DNA of 64,000 bases, from NCBI GenBank assembly GCA_900768915.1, contig CAAGEQ010000010.1, positions 45,963 through 109,962 on the forward strand, in the 5' to 3' direction. Each line of letters starts with the position of its first letter. Position 1 is the stretch's first letter. Below are positions 28,391-38,622 of this stretch, piece by piece. The DNA is from Candidatus Gastranaerophilales bacterium. Its GTDB lineage: Bacteria; Cyanobacteriota; Vampirovibrionia; Gastranaerophilales; Gastranaerophilaceae. Under the pieces are notes generated by a model that was not told the DNA's origin, did not search any database, and saw only the letters and a list, made by a program, of their open reading frames with translations. Both the position numbers and the translations under genes were made by a program.

Positions 28391-29902
28391 ATGCTTAGTC
28401 CAATATTAAATTTCAATAAAATAAATACAATAAAACCATTATATGTAAATAATAACAATAATAATTATAAGAATAGATATACAAATCTTGCTCCTCTTAG
28501 ACAAGATACAGTTTCTTTTACAGGTATGTCTATTCCATCTAAATATAAAACTGTATATGAATATTTAGCAGCCGATATAGCATCAAAAAATCAAAAATAT
28601 GGTGTAAATGGTAGTTGCCTTTCTTCTTCTAATATTGGTAAAACAATGGATAAAATGCAAAAAAATGGGACATTGTATCTTCCTTTTCAAGAAGCTTCAA
28701 AAACTAAAATTCGTTGGAAAAATTATGTTCCCGATGATGTTAGAGAATTTTGTGTTGATAAAATAAATCAAGCAAGAGAAATTAGACTTGATGAATGGAA
28801 GTCTTTTTTAGAAAATCCAGAAGCTCATGAAGAAGCGAGTAAATTTCCAAATCTAGTTAAGAAAACTAAAGATAACAATCCAATGAAATTTGTTATTTGG
28901 CACGCAATCAATACTGATTTAAAAGCAAATAACAGACATATTCCAGTTCCATTTGATGTAAAAGCATTAGATGAAACTGTAAATAGTTTTGATGCTATGC
29001 CACCAAAAGATAGAGCATTAAGATGCATTTCTCCAACATTCTTGGAAATGTACACTCATCGACTTAGAGATAATTTATTGATGGAAAAAGGTATTTTAAA
29101 AGAAAAAACTGCTTGGGTAAAAATTCCATCATATAAGCATGATAGAGAAAATAATGATAAAAATATTCATGACTTAGAAATTTTAAGTTGTAGAAACTGG
29201 TGTACACGTTCAAGTGTTGATAAAGCAAAAGATGCATTACTTGATGGTGATTTTTATGTATTTTTAGAAAGAGATAGTAAAAATATGTGGTCACCTCAAA
29301 TCGGTATGGCTACATCAAGAAATAAAGTAGATCAGATTCAAGGTGTTGAAAATAATAACCTTATTCCACTTAATCAAATCGCTAATGTTAAAGAATTTAT
29401 TAAGAAAGAAAAATTAGATTGTGTTAATGGTATTGTTGATGAAGGTCCTAAAGCAGCACAAGAAATTATGATTGCTGATAAATTGGCTCAACATGATGAA
29501 CTATTTGATAAAACTCTTGATAAAGCAATTAAAGAAAAAGATTCTTTTGCAGTATTTTCAATGTTAGGTAAAAAAGTTGAACATAAATCTGATAACACAC
29601 TTGAGATAGAAACTTATAAACCTATATATGTGGCTGATAAACAAAAAGGTATTACAATTCCTTATTCAATGATGGGGATTGAAGAAGATGTTTTACTTAG
29701 AAATGTTAGCAAGATAAAAGGTGATATGATGTTATATAATAAGAATTTTATATATAACAGTCAAATTAAAGAATTTCCACAAAAATTAGAAGAAGTTACT
29801 GGTAAAGTTGTATGTAATCAAAAGCAATATGATAAGTTCGCCGAAGATATCAATAGAGTTGTTAATGGCGATTCTAAAAGAATTGTTGTATATGATAAAT
29901 AA
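28391..29902 (+). CDS. Hypothetical protein, possibly with a PcfJ-like domain
   Basis: LSCRNWCTRSS...GDFYVFLERDS...VDQIQGVENN resembles the PcfJ pattern (Cys-containing motif, short strand, Q.RG.N). Asn-rich leader with DTVSFTG at aa 39-45. Confidence 0.4.
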   Translation: MLSPILNFNKINTIKPLYVNNNNNNYKNRYTNLAPLRQDTVSFTGMSIPSKYKTVYEYLAADIASKNQKYGVNGSCLSSSNIGKTMDKMQKNGTLYLPFQEASKTKIRWKNYVPDDVREFCVDKINQAREIRLDEWKSFLENPEAHEEASKFPNLVKKTKDNNPMKFVIWHAINTDLKANNRHIPVPFDVKALDETVNSFDAMPPKDRALRCISPTFLEMYTHRLRDNLLMEKGILKEKTAWVKIPSYKHDRENNDKNIHDLEILSCRNWCTRSSVDKAKDALLDGDFYVFLERDSKNMWSPQIGMATSRNKVDQIQGVENNNLIPLNQIANVKEFIKKEKLDCVNGIVDEGPKAAQEIMIADKLAQHDELFDKTLDKAIKEKDSFAVFSMLGKKVEHKSDNTLEIETYKPIYVADKQKGITIPYSMMGIEEDVLLRNVSKIKGDMMLYNKNFIYNSQIKEFPQKLEEVTGKVVCNQKQYDKFAEDINRVVNGDSKRIVVYDK

Positions 29903-29908
29903 TCCTTT

Positions 29909-31636
29909 TTATACTGATTGAGTAACATTATCAAATATATCAATAAATCTACATTCAGTTGTATCAAAAATACCTTTATCTGTAATTTTTAGTTCTGGTA
30001 TTACTGGTAATGATAGGAATCCCATTGCCATAAATGGATCTTCAACTGTACAACCAAGTTTTCTAGTTGCGTTGTTTAGTTCTTCACCTTTTTCGATTAC
30101 ATATTGAGCATCTTTATCTGAGATTAGACCAGCAACAGGTAATGGTAAGTGTGCAATGATTTCACCGTTATTAACAACAATTTTACCGCCGTGAGATTTA
30201 ATTAATGCTACTGCTGCTGTGTACATATCATTGTCATTAGTACCAATAACAATCATATTGTGAGAATCGTGTGCAACAGTTGAAGCAATTGCACCTGATT
30301 TTAGATTAAATCCCTTTACGAATCCTTTACCAATGTTTCCACCGGCTCTGTGGCGTTCTAATACACAGATTTTTAATGTATCATTATCAACATTGCTTTC
30401 TGCATATCCATCAACAACTTTGATTTTTGATACAATATTTTTTGTTATTAATTGTTTTGGTATCAATTGGATTGCATGAACTTCATCTGATTTCGCTTCT
30501 AATTTAAAATCATCATATTTAATCCATTTAACGTTAACAGAGTTTCTTACACCAGTTACACCTTTATTTTTTATTTCACCAACCAAGTGACCGTGATTTG
30601 CTACTAATTCACCATTTTTGAATACTAATTCTGGACTAAATTCTTTTAAATCAGGTAATACTATGAAATCTGCTTTGTATCCAGGTGCAATTGCACCAAG
30701 ATTTTGAATTTTGAAGTATTCTGCAGTATTTAAACTTGCCATTTGAATTGCTTTGATAGGTGGAATACCATATTCAACTGACTTACGAACCATTGAATTG
30801 ATGTGAGCACTTAAGTCTTCAGGGTGTCTATCATCTGTAACAAATATGCATTTTCTTGTATTAACATCTTTTAATAAAGGTAGTAATGCTTCTAAATCTT
30901 TAGCAGCAGAACCTTCTCTTATCATTAAGTACATACCCATACGAAGTTTTTCTTGTGCTTCTTGAGGTGTTGTACATTCGTGGTCAGAACGAACACCACT
31001 TGCGATATATGCACATAAATCTTTACCGCTTAAGCAAGGTGCGTGCCCGTCAATTTGTTTATTATGAGATTTCGCTAGTTCTAATTTAGCCATAACATTT
31101 TTATCTAAGTTTAAAACTCCAGGGTAGTTCATCATTTCAGCGATACCAAGTACCCATGGTCTATCAATTAACAATGATAGGTCATAACTGTTTAAGTCGA
31201 AACCTGATGTTTCAAATGGTGTTGCAGGAACACACGATGGTAGCATTGTATAAACGTCCATTGGCAAGTCTTGAACTGCTTCATGCATAAAACTAATACC
31301 GTGTAAACCAAGAACATTTGAAATTTCATGAGGGTCAATAATAACTGTTGTTGTACCTGCTGGAACAACCATTTTTGCAAATTCAGATGGTAATAACATT
31401 GAACTCTCAATGTGAACGTGCCCGTCAATGAATGATGGACTGACGTAAGCACCATTTACATCAATTTCTTTATCACCTTGATAGTCTTTGCCAATACCAG
31501 CGATAATTCCATCTGCAATTGCTATATCTGCTTTATGAATTTCTTCGGAAAGAACGTTAATTATACTTGCGTTCTTAATTACTAAATCTGCAGGTTCTAC
31601 ACCTCTTGCAACATTTATAATATGTTCTTGATTCAT
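29909..31636 (-). CDS. ade: Adenine deaminase
   Basis: SPSFIDGHVHIESSML, 575 aa, amidohydrolase fold followed by the Ade C-terminal domain. Confidence 0.9.
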   Translation of the reverse strand: MNQEHIINVARGVEPADLVIKNASIINVLSEEIHKADIAIADGIIAGIGKDYQGDKEIDVNGAYVSPSFIDGHVHIESSMLLPSEFAKMVVPAGTTTVIIDPHEISNVLGLHGISFMHEAVQDLPMDVYTMLPSCVPATPFETSGFDLNSYDLSLLIDRPWVLGIAEMMNYPGVLNLDKNVMAKLELAKSHNKQIDGHAPCLSGKDLCAYIASGVRSDHECTTPQEAQEKLRMGMYLMIREGSAAKDLEALLPLLKDVNTRKCIFVTDDRHPEDLSAHINSMVRKSVEYGIPPIKAIQMASLNTAEYFKIQNLGAIAPGYKADFIVLPDLKEFSPELVFKNGELVANHGHLVGEIKNKGVTGVRNSVNVKWIKYDDFKLEAKSDEVHAIQLIPKQLITKNIVSKIKVVDGYAESNVDNDTLKICVLERHRAGGNIGKGFVKGFNLKSGAIASTVAHDSHNMIVIGTNDNDMYTAAVALIKSHGGKIVVNNGEIIAHLPLPVAGLISDKDAQYVIEKGEELNNATRKLGCTVEDPFMAMGFLSLPVIPELKITDKGIFDTTECRFIDIFDNVTQSV

Positions 31637-31730
31637 TTTTTTACCTCATTAATTTTTAGCATTTTATCATATATTTTTAATTTATTCAATTGTTTATATT
31701 ACGATTTTTTAGTGTTATATTTTAATTATT

Positions 31731-32318
31731 ATGTTGAATGATTTAGAAAAAAATAAAATTAAAAAAATATTACAAAATGATGGTGTAATCGCATTTGTGA
31801 CGGATACGGTATGGGGGTTAGGTTGTCTTCCTGATAGTGAAAAAGCCGTAAAAAAGATTTATGATATAAAACATAGAGATTCTAAGAAACCTCTTATCTT
31901 GATGTCGGGTGAATCGTATCCATTGATTAAATATGTTAAAGAATTACCAAAATCTGCTCATCAATTGATGAAACAATATTTCCCCGGTGCTTTGACATTA
32001 GTTTTAGAAAAAAGTGAGTTAACTCCAGATTATATTACATCAGGTATGAATACTGTTGGTATTAGAGTTCCTGATAATGAAATATTTGTTGATATTTGTA
32101 ATGCTATTCCAGAACAAGTTTTAGCAACAACAAGTGCAAATTTGTCATCACAACCAGCCGCATTAACTTATGATGAAGCAATTGAATATATTGGAGATGC
32201 CGTTGACTATGTTGTTCCAAATTATGGATTAAAAGCCAATGGTACTGCATCAACTGTTGCGGGAATTTTTGAAGATAATGTTAAAATATTCCGTCAAGGT
32301 GATATTTATATAAAATAA
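31731..32318 (+). CDS. tsaC: L-threonylcarbamoyladenylate synthase (YrdC/TsaC family)
   Basis: TDTVWGLGC, KKPLILM, VGIRVPD, TSANLS. Confidence 0.85.
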   Translation: MLNDLEKNKIKKILQNDGVIAFVTDTVWGLGCLPDSEKAVKKIYDIKHRDSKKPLILMSGESYPLIKYVKELPKSAHQLMKQYFPGALTLVLEKSELTPDYITSGMNTVGIRVPDNEIFVDICNAIPEQVLATTSANLSSQPAALTYDEAIEYIGDAVDYVVPNYGLKANGTASTVAGIFEDNVKIFRQGDIYIK

Positions 32319-32430
32319 TGTATAAGATTGCTTTAAATAATCTATAATATTTTTTTACAAAATAAAATATTTAACTGGAAAAATTTTTATGTCTTAGGTA
32401 TTATATTATTCATAATACAGAGTGGAATGT

Positions 32431-33321
32431 ATGGATAACGATAACAATAAGGATAGGGTTTACCCTTTAATATCAAAAGAAGTAAATTCAACAGATAAAA
32501 TATTTAAACCTGACTTTTCGCAAAAGACAGGACGAGAGTTGTTGGCATTTTATCTTCAAACAAAGTTTAAACAGGTTTTAGCATATGATAGACATGCACA
32601 AATGCCTGTTTTTATTGATATTAAGCCAGATTTTATTTCAAAATTTTCTAAAAGATTGATTAATAATCCTAATAAGAGAATATTGATAGGTATTACGGGG
32701 GAATCTGCTTCTGGAAAATCAACAATTTGTGCAGAAATAAAAAATGTTATCGCTAAGTTGTCATTGCCTGTATCTATTGTTACGACTGACAACTATTTTA
32801 ATGATATATCAGCATTGATTGAAAAATATGGTTCATTTGATGCTTTGAGAGATAATGGTTATGATGTTGATTCTCCATCAAGTTTTCAATTAGATGTTTT
32901 GAGAGAAGATTTGAAAGCAATTTCTCAAGGTCAAGATATAATGATTCCTGAATATCTTCCAAATGGTACAGGTGTATCTATTCCGAAATCAATACCAATT
33001 ACATCAAACAAGATTGTTGTTGTCGAGGGTATGGCTACTATGTATGAAGATATTAAAGATATATTTGATGTAAAAATTTATATAGAAACTGATATTGAAT
33101 TAAGACGAAAACGTTTTATGACAAGAGCGACAGAAGAAAGAAATCAAGATGTCGAAAATGCTAAAAAACATTGGGAGTATATCTTGCAGGCTGGTCAAAA
33201 ATATGTTGTTCCATCTCGTTCTTTTGTTGATATTATATTAAACGGTGATTGCAGTCTTAGTTATTTCTCTCAAATTCTTGAATATATTCACATGATTACA
33301 AACAATTTTGAACAAGAATAG
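32431..33321 (+). CDS. Uridine kinase / phosphoribulokinase-family P-loop kinase
   Basis: GITGESASGKSTI Walker A; VVVEGM; ~70 aa N-terminal extension. The ORF-track start at 32422 is a GTG. Confidence 0.6.
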   Translation: MDNDNNKDRVYPLISKEVNSTDKIFKPDFSQKTGRELLAFYLQTKFKQVLAYDRHAQMPVFIDIKPDFISKFSKRLINNPNKRILIGITGESASGKSTICAEIKNVIAKLSLPVSIVTTDNYFNDISALIEKYGSFDALRDNGYDVDSPSSFQLDVLREDLKAISQGQDIMIPEYLPNGTGVSIPKSIPITSNKIVVVEGMATMYEDIKDIFDVKIYIETDIELRRKRFMTRATEERNQDVENAKKHWEYILQAGQKYVVPSRSFVDIILNGDCSLSYFSQILEYIHMITNNFEQE

Positions 33322-33325
33322 TTTT

Positions 33326-34144
33326 TTAAGTATTTCTATAGATGTTATTTGTCCCCAAAACTTTATCATAAAGACGTTTAAGTCCTGAACCATAAACATA
33401 CATCAGTTCTTCTGGTAGTTTGTTTTGTATATCTAAAACAATCATATCGTGAATAATTAGTTCTTTGATAAGGAATACAATATCAGGGTTTTTAGTCCAA
33501 ATGCTACTAATAGATTCTTCCGAGTTTGAGTGTATTTTGCCAAATAGACCTTCTTTATCATCGACTGCTACAACGATGACTCTACCGTTGAAATATTTTT
33601 CTAATTTTTTTGAATATGGGTGTTCGTAAACTAATCCAAATGAACTTTGAAGTCTATCATAACCTACGATTCTGATTTCAACGTTTCTGTTATAGGCATC
33701 AAGCAAGTCTTTTTCTATTTGTTTGAAATCTTGTGACCACAATTCGATATAAATTTCTTTTTTTGCACTTTTAATGATTTCTTTTAATTTTGATTGAATT
33801 TTATTTTCACCACTTATTGATAATACTGGCTCAATGTAATTGTCTTTAACTTCTGGTAAGTGTTTTTCTAGAAAATCAATATTTGCAGTAATTCTTCTTT
33901 TGTATCTTTTTGTTAATTCTTTTGGTTTTATTGGAGAATACATAACAGGTTTGTCAGTTGTAGCAGTTACAATTTGTTTGTTTGTGAGAATTTTAAGAGT
34001 ATCATACGTTCTAGATTGTGGTATGTCTGCCAATTTGCTAACTTCGTAACCAGTTGCTGGGAATTTCTTCAACAAAGCAAGATAAACTTTTGCTTCATAC
34101 GTATTTAGTCCGACTTCTTTTAAATTCTCTATTAGTTTATCCAT
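33326..34144 (-). CDS. TrmB family transcriptional regulator
   Basis: N-terminus LKEVGLNTYEAKVYLALLKKFPATGYEVSKLADIPQSRTYDTLKIL. Confidence 0.8.
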   Translation of the reverse strand: MDKLIENLKEVGLNTYEAKVYLALLKKFPATGYEVSKLADIPQSRTYDTLKILTNKQIVTATTDKPVMYSPIKPKELTKRYKRRITANIDFLEKHLPEVKDNYIEPVLSISGENKIQSKLKEIIKSAKKEIYIELWSQDFKQIEKDLLDAYNRNVEIRIVGYDRLQSSFGLVYEHPYSKKLEKYFNGRVIVVAVDDKEGLFGKIHSNSEESISSIWTKNPDIVFLIKELIIHDMIVLDIQNKLPEELMYVYGSGLKRLYDKVLGTNNIYRNT

Positions 34145-34408
34145 ATATTGATATTAACAAATTTTATAAATCCATGCAAGAAATGTTGTGATTATTTCAA
34201 GGAGTTTGTTTTAATTTTATGATGTTTCGTTGTTTTAATTGTAATGTCGTTATTGGAATTACAAAGGAGGGGTTCGTGAATATAGTTTATCCAATTAAAG
34301 ACAAAGAAAAAATTGCACAAAGTGTTTATTTTTAATGGCTACAAAGAAAGATGACTAAGGTCATACATTACAGAAACAAATTAAAAATAAAATATAAGAA
34401 TTTATATT

Positions 34409-36460
34409 TTAATTGATTAAGTTGTATTCTCTAGAATCTATTATTGTCGATGTATTCATATTCCTGTGTTCTGGTATATCGGATATTTTGCATAGAAAAG
34501 TGCTAAAAACATTATCTTTCTTAAAATTGTTTGTTGTTGTAATTGAATCTATATAAATGATGTCTTCGCCCGATGTTCCAAAAATTTTAAAATTCTTACG
34601 TTCGCATTTATACTCTCTAAGGTTAACTTTACTTCTATTCCAACCAATATAAATTGGCATATCTTCTTTTCCAAGTTCTTTCGTAAATTTTTTAGCATAA
34701 GAAAACATCAAATCTCTAGCATTATCATTTATAGTTCCTTTTCTATAATCAGGTTTCATTTCTATATTATCAAGAACTAATGCCGGTTTGTTGTCGATTT
34801 CTGCAATATAGCAAATTGTGTTACCAATAGGTTTATTATCAGTAAGGACTTCTATTCCGGAAATCATTTTGTTTTTAATATAATTAGGTGCAATTGCTTG
34901 TTTTGAACCTGTTCCTATTGACATACAACAAGAAGAATCATTCCCTAAGAATAATGAATGAGTAATATCATTCATATCAACTTGTTGTGCTGTTATTGTA
35001 ACCTTTTTAGCATTAGGATTTTTCTTTGCTGAAATCATTTTTTGTTTAACATCTTTAATACTGTTTTCTATAGTTTTCTTTGCAATATTTGATTGTGAAG
35101 TGTTATCAGGACTTTTCCAAGATTGATTGTTTTTCATAAAATTATCTATTGTTTCAACCAACTCTGGCATATCTTGAAACGTTATTTGTTTATTATCTTT
35201 AAACAGTTGTAAATAATTTGTATCACGCTTAATAGTACCTACAAAATTATTTAAAAATATAACTTTTGGTTTTATTTCATATCCTTTTGCATTCAATTCT
35301 TTTTTTAACAAGTTTTTCTTATCACTAGAAACCAGTGTATATATTGGTGAATTAAAAGTTTCTTCTAATGATTGTATTGCACTTTTTTGTTTGTTTTCAA
35401 TTACGATTGTTTTTTGTATTTTTGATTCTGGCTTGAAAGTTGTCCATCTTTCAAAATTTACTCCTAGTTCCTCAAATTGTTTTTTTGTTTCTTTATTTTG
35501 TGGAAGCTCTAATAACACCTCTTTAACATTTTTATCTGGATTTTTGTTTAGTGTTTTTAAAAGTTCATCATAAGAATTTTTGAACATTTTATCTGTTGTA
35601 AACATTTTGGGTAAATATTTATTGTTTTTTAAATCAAATTGTTTGCAAATTTGACCATTAGAATCTGTCCTTGCAATATTATTTAAAGTATCAAGCAAAT
35701 GATGATTATTATTTTTGTCGTAATTATTTAAAACAGAACTCAATGTCTCATGAGAATCTTTTATTGTATGAAAGAATTCTGCAAGTTCAATCTTTTCTGG
35801 ATAATCTGTAATAGAATTTTTTATCAAATTTTTATTTTCGTCTGTTAAATGATTTATTTGTTTTATCAAGTCAGTTTTGTTATCTGTTGTTTGAAATTGC
35901 TTTTTTACATTAGTAATTTGTTCTTTTGTATTTTTGTATTTGATACTTTCTGTTGGATTGGTTAATTCTATCAAATTTTGATAGAGTGGATGTTGAGGAG
36001 TAATATCACCAATCGTATTTATGTAATTCTTTACGTTTTCAAACTTGTTATTAAATGATGAGATAAAAGAATTTTTACCGAGAATATTTATTGTGTTCAA
36101 TACTTTATGTGGCTTTTCAAAAAATAACTTGTCTAATTCTTCATTATTAACTTTATGATTGTAGGAAGATAAAACGCCACGTTTTTCAGAAGCGACATTT
36201 CTAATATCCATAAGTGTTTTTGCTTGTTCTAAATTATTCAAATGCCCTTTTACAAAATTTATTAGATATTGATTAGGGTATCCCATTTTTACTAATTGTA
36301 AAATGGTTTTACTAGTAATAAAATATGAGTTTTCATAATTGCCACAAAAACTTATATTTGATTGTTTATTATCTTTTATGACATTAGTAGTTTGAACTTT
36401 TTGTTTTAAATTTGCATAATGACATTTGTTATTATTATTTGATACTCGCAAAATGTTCAT
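34409..36460 (-). CDS. Orphan 683-aa Asn/Lys-rich protein
   Basis: Long uninterrupted ORF. Leader ends in NISFCG (aa 35-40). C-terminal module HSLFLGNDSSCCMSIG...ALVLDNIE. No NTPase or nuclease motif recognised. Confidence 0.6.
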   Translation of the reverse strand: MNILRVSNNNNKCHYANLKQKVQTTNVIKDNKQSNISFCGNYENSYFITSKTILQLVKMGYPNQYLINFVKGHLNNLEQAKTLMDIRNVASEKRGVLSSYNHKVNNEELDKLFFEKPHKVLNTINILGKNSFISSFNNKFENVKNYINTIGDITPQHPLYQNLIELTNPTESIKYKNTKEQITNVKKQFQTTDNKTDLIKQINHLTDENKNLIKNSITDYPEKIELAEFFHTIKDSHETLSSVLNNYDKNNNHHLLDTLNNIARTDSNGQICKQFDLKNNKYLPKMFTTDKMFKNSYDELLKTLNKNPDKNVKEVLLELPQNKETKKQFEELGVNFERWTTFKPESKIQKTIVIENKQKSAIQSLEETFNSPIYTLVSSDKKNLLKKELNAKGYEIKPKVIFLNNFVGTIKRDTNYLQLFKDNKQITFQDMPELVETIDNFMKNNQSWKSPDNTSQSNIAKKTIENSIKDVKQKMISAKKNPNAKKVTITAQQVDMNDITHSLFLGNDSSCCMSIGTGSKQAIAPNYIKNKMISGIEVLTDNKPIGNTICYIAEIDNKPALVLDNIEMKPDYRKGTINDNARDLMFSYAKKFTKELGKEDMPIYIGWNRSKVNLREYKCERKNFKIFGTSGEDIIYIDSITTTNNFKKDNVFSTFLCKISDIPEHRNMNTSTIIDSREYNLIN

Positions 36461-36513
36461 ATAGAGATAAACAATACTAAAAATATTTTTTGCTAATATT
36501 TAATCAAGTAGAT

Positions 36514-37218
36514 TTATTCATTTGTATCTGCAACATAAGTGCTTACACTATTTGAATTGTATAAATGTTTTACGATTTTTACCCAATCATTATATTTGAA
36601 AACTCCACCAAGCCAATTATCTAAAATGATTGAATCTGCTTCAACTTTATCATTTTCGTTTTTATCTTTAACTAATACTGCAACGTGATTTGAAATTACA
36701 TCGTCATTTAAAATGCTTGCATATAAAAGTTTTGCATTGTATTTATCTTGTTTTTGGTTTATATCTTCGGCTGTAACTAATGATATATCAGTACAATTGC
36801 CGATTTTGCGTTCTTTCATACGTGCTTTTAAATTTTTACCATAATTATCTTTACTGCGACATTCTTTACGCATTTTATTTATATTATCAGTTAATGTTGA
36901 ATCATAATTTGGTGAAAGAGGGTTTAATACAAGTTGTTGCATTGAACCCGATTTTATTGTACCAAATTCTGAGATAAAATTTTTTCTGCAATCAGATGCA
37001 AAATTTAATTTTTCTGATTTTAATACATAATTTGTACTTAAATCATACTTTTCAACCATATTTTTTAATTCAAGATATTTAGGTGAGGAAAAATATGATG
37101 GAAACGTATTTTGAGTTTCAGAATTTTTAGGTACGAAAATTTGATACTCGGCTGTAGGAGTATCGTATTTTTGAATATTTGAAAAATTATTTATATAAAA
37201 GTTTTCATCTATCCTCAT
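36514..37218 (-). CDS. Orphan 234-aa protein with candidate Cys-His-Asp (papain/transglutaminase-like) residues
   Basis: Ordered IGNCTD, SNHVAVLV, IILDNW in the C-terminal half. Confidence 0.5.
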   Translation of the reverse strand: MRIDENFYINNFSNIQKYDTPTAEYQIFVPKNSETQNTFPSYFSSPKYLELKNMVEKYDLSTNYVLKSEKLNFASDCRKNFISEFGTIKSGSMQQLVLNPLSPNYDSTLTDNINKMRKECRSKDNYGKNLKARMKERKIGNCTDISLVTAEDINQKQDKYNAKLLYASILNDDVISNHVAVLVKDKNENDKVEADSIILDNWLGGVFKYNDWVKIVKHLYNSNSVSTYVADTNE

Positions 37219-37476
37219 AATATAATAAAAAATTTCACACCATAAAAATTGCTAAAACAATAAATCTTTGTAAAATACTTATATCTGTTTAAAATATGTC
37301 TTATTGAAATTAAGTATAAAAATTATTATTTTACCAATTATTAAAATTTAATGTTTTCTGCTTTGAATGTGATAAAAATAAAAATAATTTTAAAATAAAA
37401 AACATTTATTTACATTATTGTAAAAAAATTTCAAAAATTTAATATTTATGCTATATTTATCTCGTAAAGGTGTGGT

Positions 37477-38622
37477 ATGGTGAAGAAGGAAGAATCGTAT
37501 AAGTTTATTGATTTATTTGCAGGGGCAGGTGGTTTGAGTCTTGGTCTAGAACAGGCTGGCTTTGATGTAATTTTTGCAAATGAAATTAATTCTATATGTG
37601 CAGAAACATATTTATATAATAGAAATTTATCAAGTGATCAAATGTTTATAGGTGATATAAAAGATCTTATAAAAAATATTGATAAATATAAAAAATATTT
37701 TAAAGATGTTTCTTTAGTTTGTGGGGGACCACCTTGTCAAGGTTTTTCAATGGCAAATAGACAAAGATTAATAGATGATCCACGTAATAAACTTTATAAA
37801 AGTTATTTAGAATTTTTGAGTAGTATTATGCCTAAATTTTTTATTATGGAAAATGTTAAAGGCATGGTAAATAAAATTGATGAAATTTTAGAAGATTTTT
37901 ATAATAAACTTGGAAATCAATATAATATTGAATATAAAATACTAAATGCGAAAGATTTTGGAATTCCACAAAATAGAGAACGTCTTATTGTTATTGGTAA
38001 TAAAATTGGTATTGAATCAAAAGAGGTATTTGATGAAATTGAAACATATAAAGTTTTTGATAAAGTAACTTTGGGTAAAGCAATATTAGATTTGCCAAAA
38101 TTAAAACCTAATAAATTGAAAAATAATACGGATTTTGAAGATGAAAATTGTGGATATTTCGAAAAAAATTATAACTATACAAAAACAAATTTTTATAATT
38201 TTATAAATAATGGTAGAACTATAACAAAATTATATAATCATAAAAGTAGGTATAACAATGATAGGGATATTAAAATATTTGATTTACTTCCACAAGGTTG
38301 TAATTCTCTGCATGAATCTATAAAAGATATTATGCCTTATCAAAGTAGAAAAAATATTTTTAAAGATAAATATTTTAAATTATCAGAAGATGAAGTTTGT
38401 AAAACAATAACATCTCACATGAAATTTGACTGTAATATGTATATTCATCCTACACAAGCAAGAGGACTATCACCAAGAGAAGCTGCTCGTGTTCAAACTT
38501 TTCCAGATGATTATGTTTTTAAAGGTCCTCAAAATAGTTGGTATATGCAAATTGGTAATGCTGTGCCAGTTAAATTAGCAGAGGTAATAGGGAAATGCAT
38601 AATAAACAAAATAAAGAATTAA
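37477..38622 (+). CDS. DNA (cytosine-5)-methyltransferase, M1
   Basis: Motif I FIDLFAGAGGLSLG, IV GGPPCQGFS, VI ENVKGM, VIII QNRERL, X GNAVPV. Confidence 0.92.
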   Translation: MVKKEESYKFIDLFAGAGGLSLGLEQAGFDVIFANEINSICAETYLYNRNLSSDQMFIGDIKDLIKNIDKYKKYFKDVSLVCGGPPCQGFSMANRQRLIDDPRNKLYKSYLEFLSSIMPKFFIMENVKGMVNKIDEILEDFYNKLGNQYNIEYKILNAKDFGIPQNRERLIVIGNKIGIESKEVFDEIETYKVFDKVTLGKAILDLPKLKPNKLKNNTDFEDENCGYFEKNYNYTKTNFYNFINNGRTITKLYNHKSRYNNDRDIKIFDLLPQGCNSLHESIKDIMPYQSRKNIFKDKYFKLSEDEVCKTITSHMKFDCNMYIHPTQARGLSPREAARVQTFPDDYVFKGPQNSWYMQIGNAVPVKLAEVIGKCIINKIKN

